DNA of 59,736 nucleotides, taken from contig JAJNBM010000004.1 of the NCBI GenBank assembly GCA_021156165.1, forward strand, positions 1-59,736, in the 5' to 3' direction. The notes under the pieces are model-generated. The model did not search any database, was not told where the DNA came from, and was given only the letters and a program-made list of their open reading frames with translations. The stretch comes from Gammaproteobacteria bacterium. GTDB taxonomy: Bacteria; Pseudomonadota; Gammaproteobacteria; UBA1113. This document shows positions 58,288-59,736 of this stretch, in pieces (within the stretch, counting starts at the first letter, position 1; the number at the start of each line of letters is the position of its first letter). A program made the translations under genes and the position numbers.

Positions 58288-59268
58288 ATGAAAAAAAAAC
58301 TAAGCTGGCAACAAGCCCTACAACAATGCGTTACCAGCCTGGATGAATTAGCGAGTCTCATTCCTGCTGTTACGCAGCTTATCTCTACTGCAGCCCAGAG
58401 TAGCTTCCCATTCAAAGCAAGTCGCCGCTATTTGGCGAAGATCAATCCCCACGATGCCACTGATCCCCTATTACTACAAATTTTACCGCAAGCCATTGAG
58501 ATGCAACATCATAGCGCTTTTAGTCCGGATCCTTTGCAAGAACACCGTTATAACTCTTTGCCCGGCTTAATACACAAATATGCCAGTCGTGTTTTAATTA
58601 CCTTAGTGGGCAGCTGCGCTATTCATTGTCGTTACTGTTTTAGGCGCCATTTTGCTTATGAGGACAACCGTCCCGGCACGCAAGGCTTAGAAGCCATTTA
58701 CGAATATATACGCGCACACCCCGAGGTGAATGAAGTCATATTAAGTGGTGGCGATCCTTTGCTTGCCAACGATGCGGTATTACAGTCCCTTACTCAAGCT
58801 TTAAGTAAAATTCCTCACCTTAAACGCGTACGCATTCATACGCGCTTGATTACGACCATTCCCGAGCGTATCACCCCCGAGCTCATCCACGCTTTAACGC
58901 ATACGCGTTTGAAAAGCATCTTGGTCGCCCATTGTAATCATCCGCGTGAATTAGACGACGATATCGCCGCAGCATGTAATACGTTGGTACAAAATAACAT
59001 CACCGTATTGAACCAAGGTATATTTTTAGCGGGTGTGAATGATAATGCTGAAACATTGATTGCTTTAAGTGAAAAATTATTTTCCTGCCATATTCTACCT
59101 TACTATCTGCATTCTCTAGATGCCGTTACCGGCAGCGCTCATTTTGATTTACCCCTAGAAAGACAACGCGCTCTTTATACTACTATGCAAGAACAATTGC
59201 CTGGATTTTTAGTGCCTAAATGGGTTAAAGAGGTACCGGGAGAAAAGCATAAAGTTAGGATGGGATAG
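58288..59268 (+). CDS. epmB: EF-P beta-lysylation protein EpmB (KamA family radical SAM)
   Basis: HKY..R, CAIHCRYCFRR, LSGGDPL, PYYLH; divergent from efp. Confidence 0.93.
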   Translation: MKKKLSWQQALQQCVTSLDELASLIPAVTQLISTAAQSSFPFKASRRYLAKINPHDATDPLLLQILPQAIEMQHHSAFSPDPLQEHRYNSLPGLIHKYASRVLITLVGSCAIHCRYCFRRHFAYEDNRPGTQGLEAIYEYIRAHPEVNEVILSGGDPLLANDAVLQSLTQALSKIPHLKRVRIHTRLITTIPERITPELIHALTHTRLKSILVAHCNHPRELDDDIAAACNTLVQNNITVLNQGIFLAGVNDNAETLIALSEKLFSCHILPYYLHSLDAVTGSAHFDLPLERQRALYTTMQEQLPGFLVPKWVKEVPGEKHKVRMG

Positions 59269-59329
59269 CATTCATTCCTATTTCCCCGTAAAATTAAAAT
59301 TGATCTTTTTTGAATGTATGTGAAAAAGA

Positions 59330-59368
59330 TTCTGATAACACGGTACTACCCGTACCGTGTTATCAGAA
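59330..59368. terminator. 17-bp perfect hairpin between convergent genes
   Basis: TTCTGATAACACGGTAC-TACCC-GTACCGTGTTATCAGAA; no clear U tract. Confidence 0.55.
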
Positions 59369-59412
59369 GGAATTTCATAGGTAAGGATAGCTACTTTATG
59401 AGGATAAATCTA

Positions 59413-59736
59413 TTACTTAAACCGCATCTCTATTTCCGCTTGCCAAGCTGCGGGTGGCGGGGTTTGTTCGTAGATGCGGCAACTTTGTATATAGAACTCT
59501 AGCACCCCGTCACTTGGGTTATCTTTTAATAACGCCTCAAAACCTTCCCTTGCTGCTTTGAAAGACCGCTGTACATAGGCTTCATAATAGGTGTTAAATA
59601 GGCTCAATTGCTCTATATGCAGCGCCCGCTCATTGTTATCGCGGATACTGTCTAATAATTGCCATACGGTCATAGCATCCACCCGCCCCAGTAAACGAAT
59701 TCTACCCACGGGACGCAGATGGTATCTCTCTTCGGC
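59413..59736 (-). CDS. C-terminal part of a probable class III adenylate/guanylate cyclase (truncated by window edge)
   Basis: R.VGRIRLLGR...VWQL followed by TPR-like AY..R.F..A...F..L...P.D and PP..W tail; frame open to the window end. Confidence 0.7.
   Translation of the reverse strand, partial: AEERYHLRPVGRIRLLGRVDAMTVWQLLDSIRDNNERALHIEQLSLFNTYYEAYVQRSFKAAREGFEALLKDNPSDGVLEFYIQSCRIYEQTPPPAAWQAEIEMRFK

Noticed and set aside
57639-59268. Incomplete EF-P modification system (no epmA beside efp/epmB)
   Set aside because: epmA is often elsewhere on the chromosome; absence cannot be judged from this window
1-59736. CRISPR array, tRNA/rRNA genes, prophage or IS transposase; the many short ORFs nested in or antisense to housekeeping genes
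   Set aside because: No regularly spaced direct repeats, cloverleafs or mobility genes were seen; the nested ORFs are shadows of well-supported genes

Overview
A 59.7-kb chromosomal segment (GC in the low 40s by eye) from a gammaproteobacterium. The icmN/dotK-icmL-icmL block points to Legionellales (Coxiellaceae-like); this is an inference. Most of the window is housekeeping and metabolism: nucleoside salvage (add, cdd, PNP, deoC), folB, corA, kup, coq7, pdxY, dam, queG, bioC, comF, orn, plsY, pgpA, nusB, nrdR, glyA, ettA, tusDCBE, argS, glnA, tyrS, dsbB, gcdH/ETF-QO/rubredoxin, gyrA, rpmBG, tsaC, topA, dprA and efp/epmB. Six things stand out. (1) A ~315-nt intergenic sequence upstream of dam has its own promoter-like site and folds on the + strand into a multi-way junction plus a 36-bp hairpin with 8 G-U pairs; I cannot match it to a known RNA family. 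(2) Six tandem type IVb-like prepilins, arranged as paralogous pairs, follow a PilR/GspF-like platform gene. (3) A detached Dot/Icm fragment is flanked by peptidoglycan-remodelling enzymes. (4) A GGA-dense hairpin tract upstream of gyrA resembles a Csr/Rsm-type RNA. (5) There is an MBL-pseudo-receiver-GAF fusion protein. (6) At least four families of small palindromic repeats (GTAG-REP doublets, ERIC-like, RPE-like, ~160-bp MITE) are present, several supplying stop codons or an RBS to host genes. I found no tRNA, rRNA, CRISPR array, transposase or integrase. All calls are by eye, without database searches.
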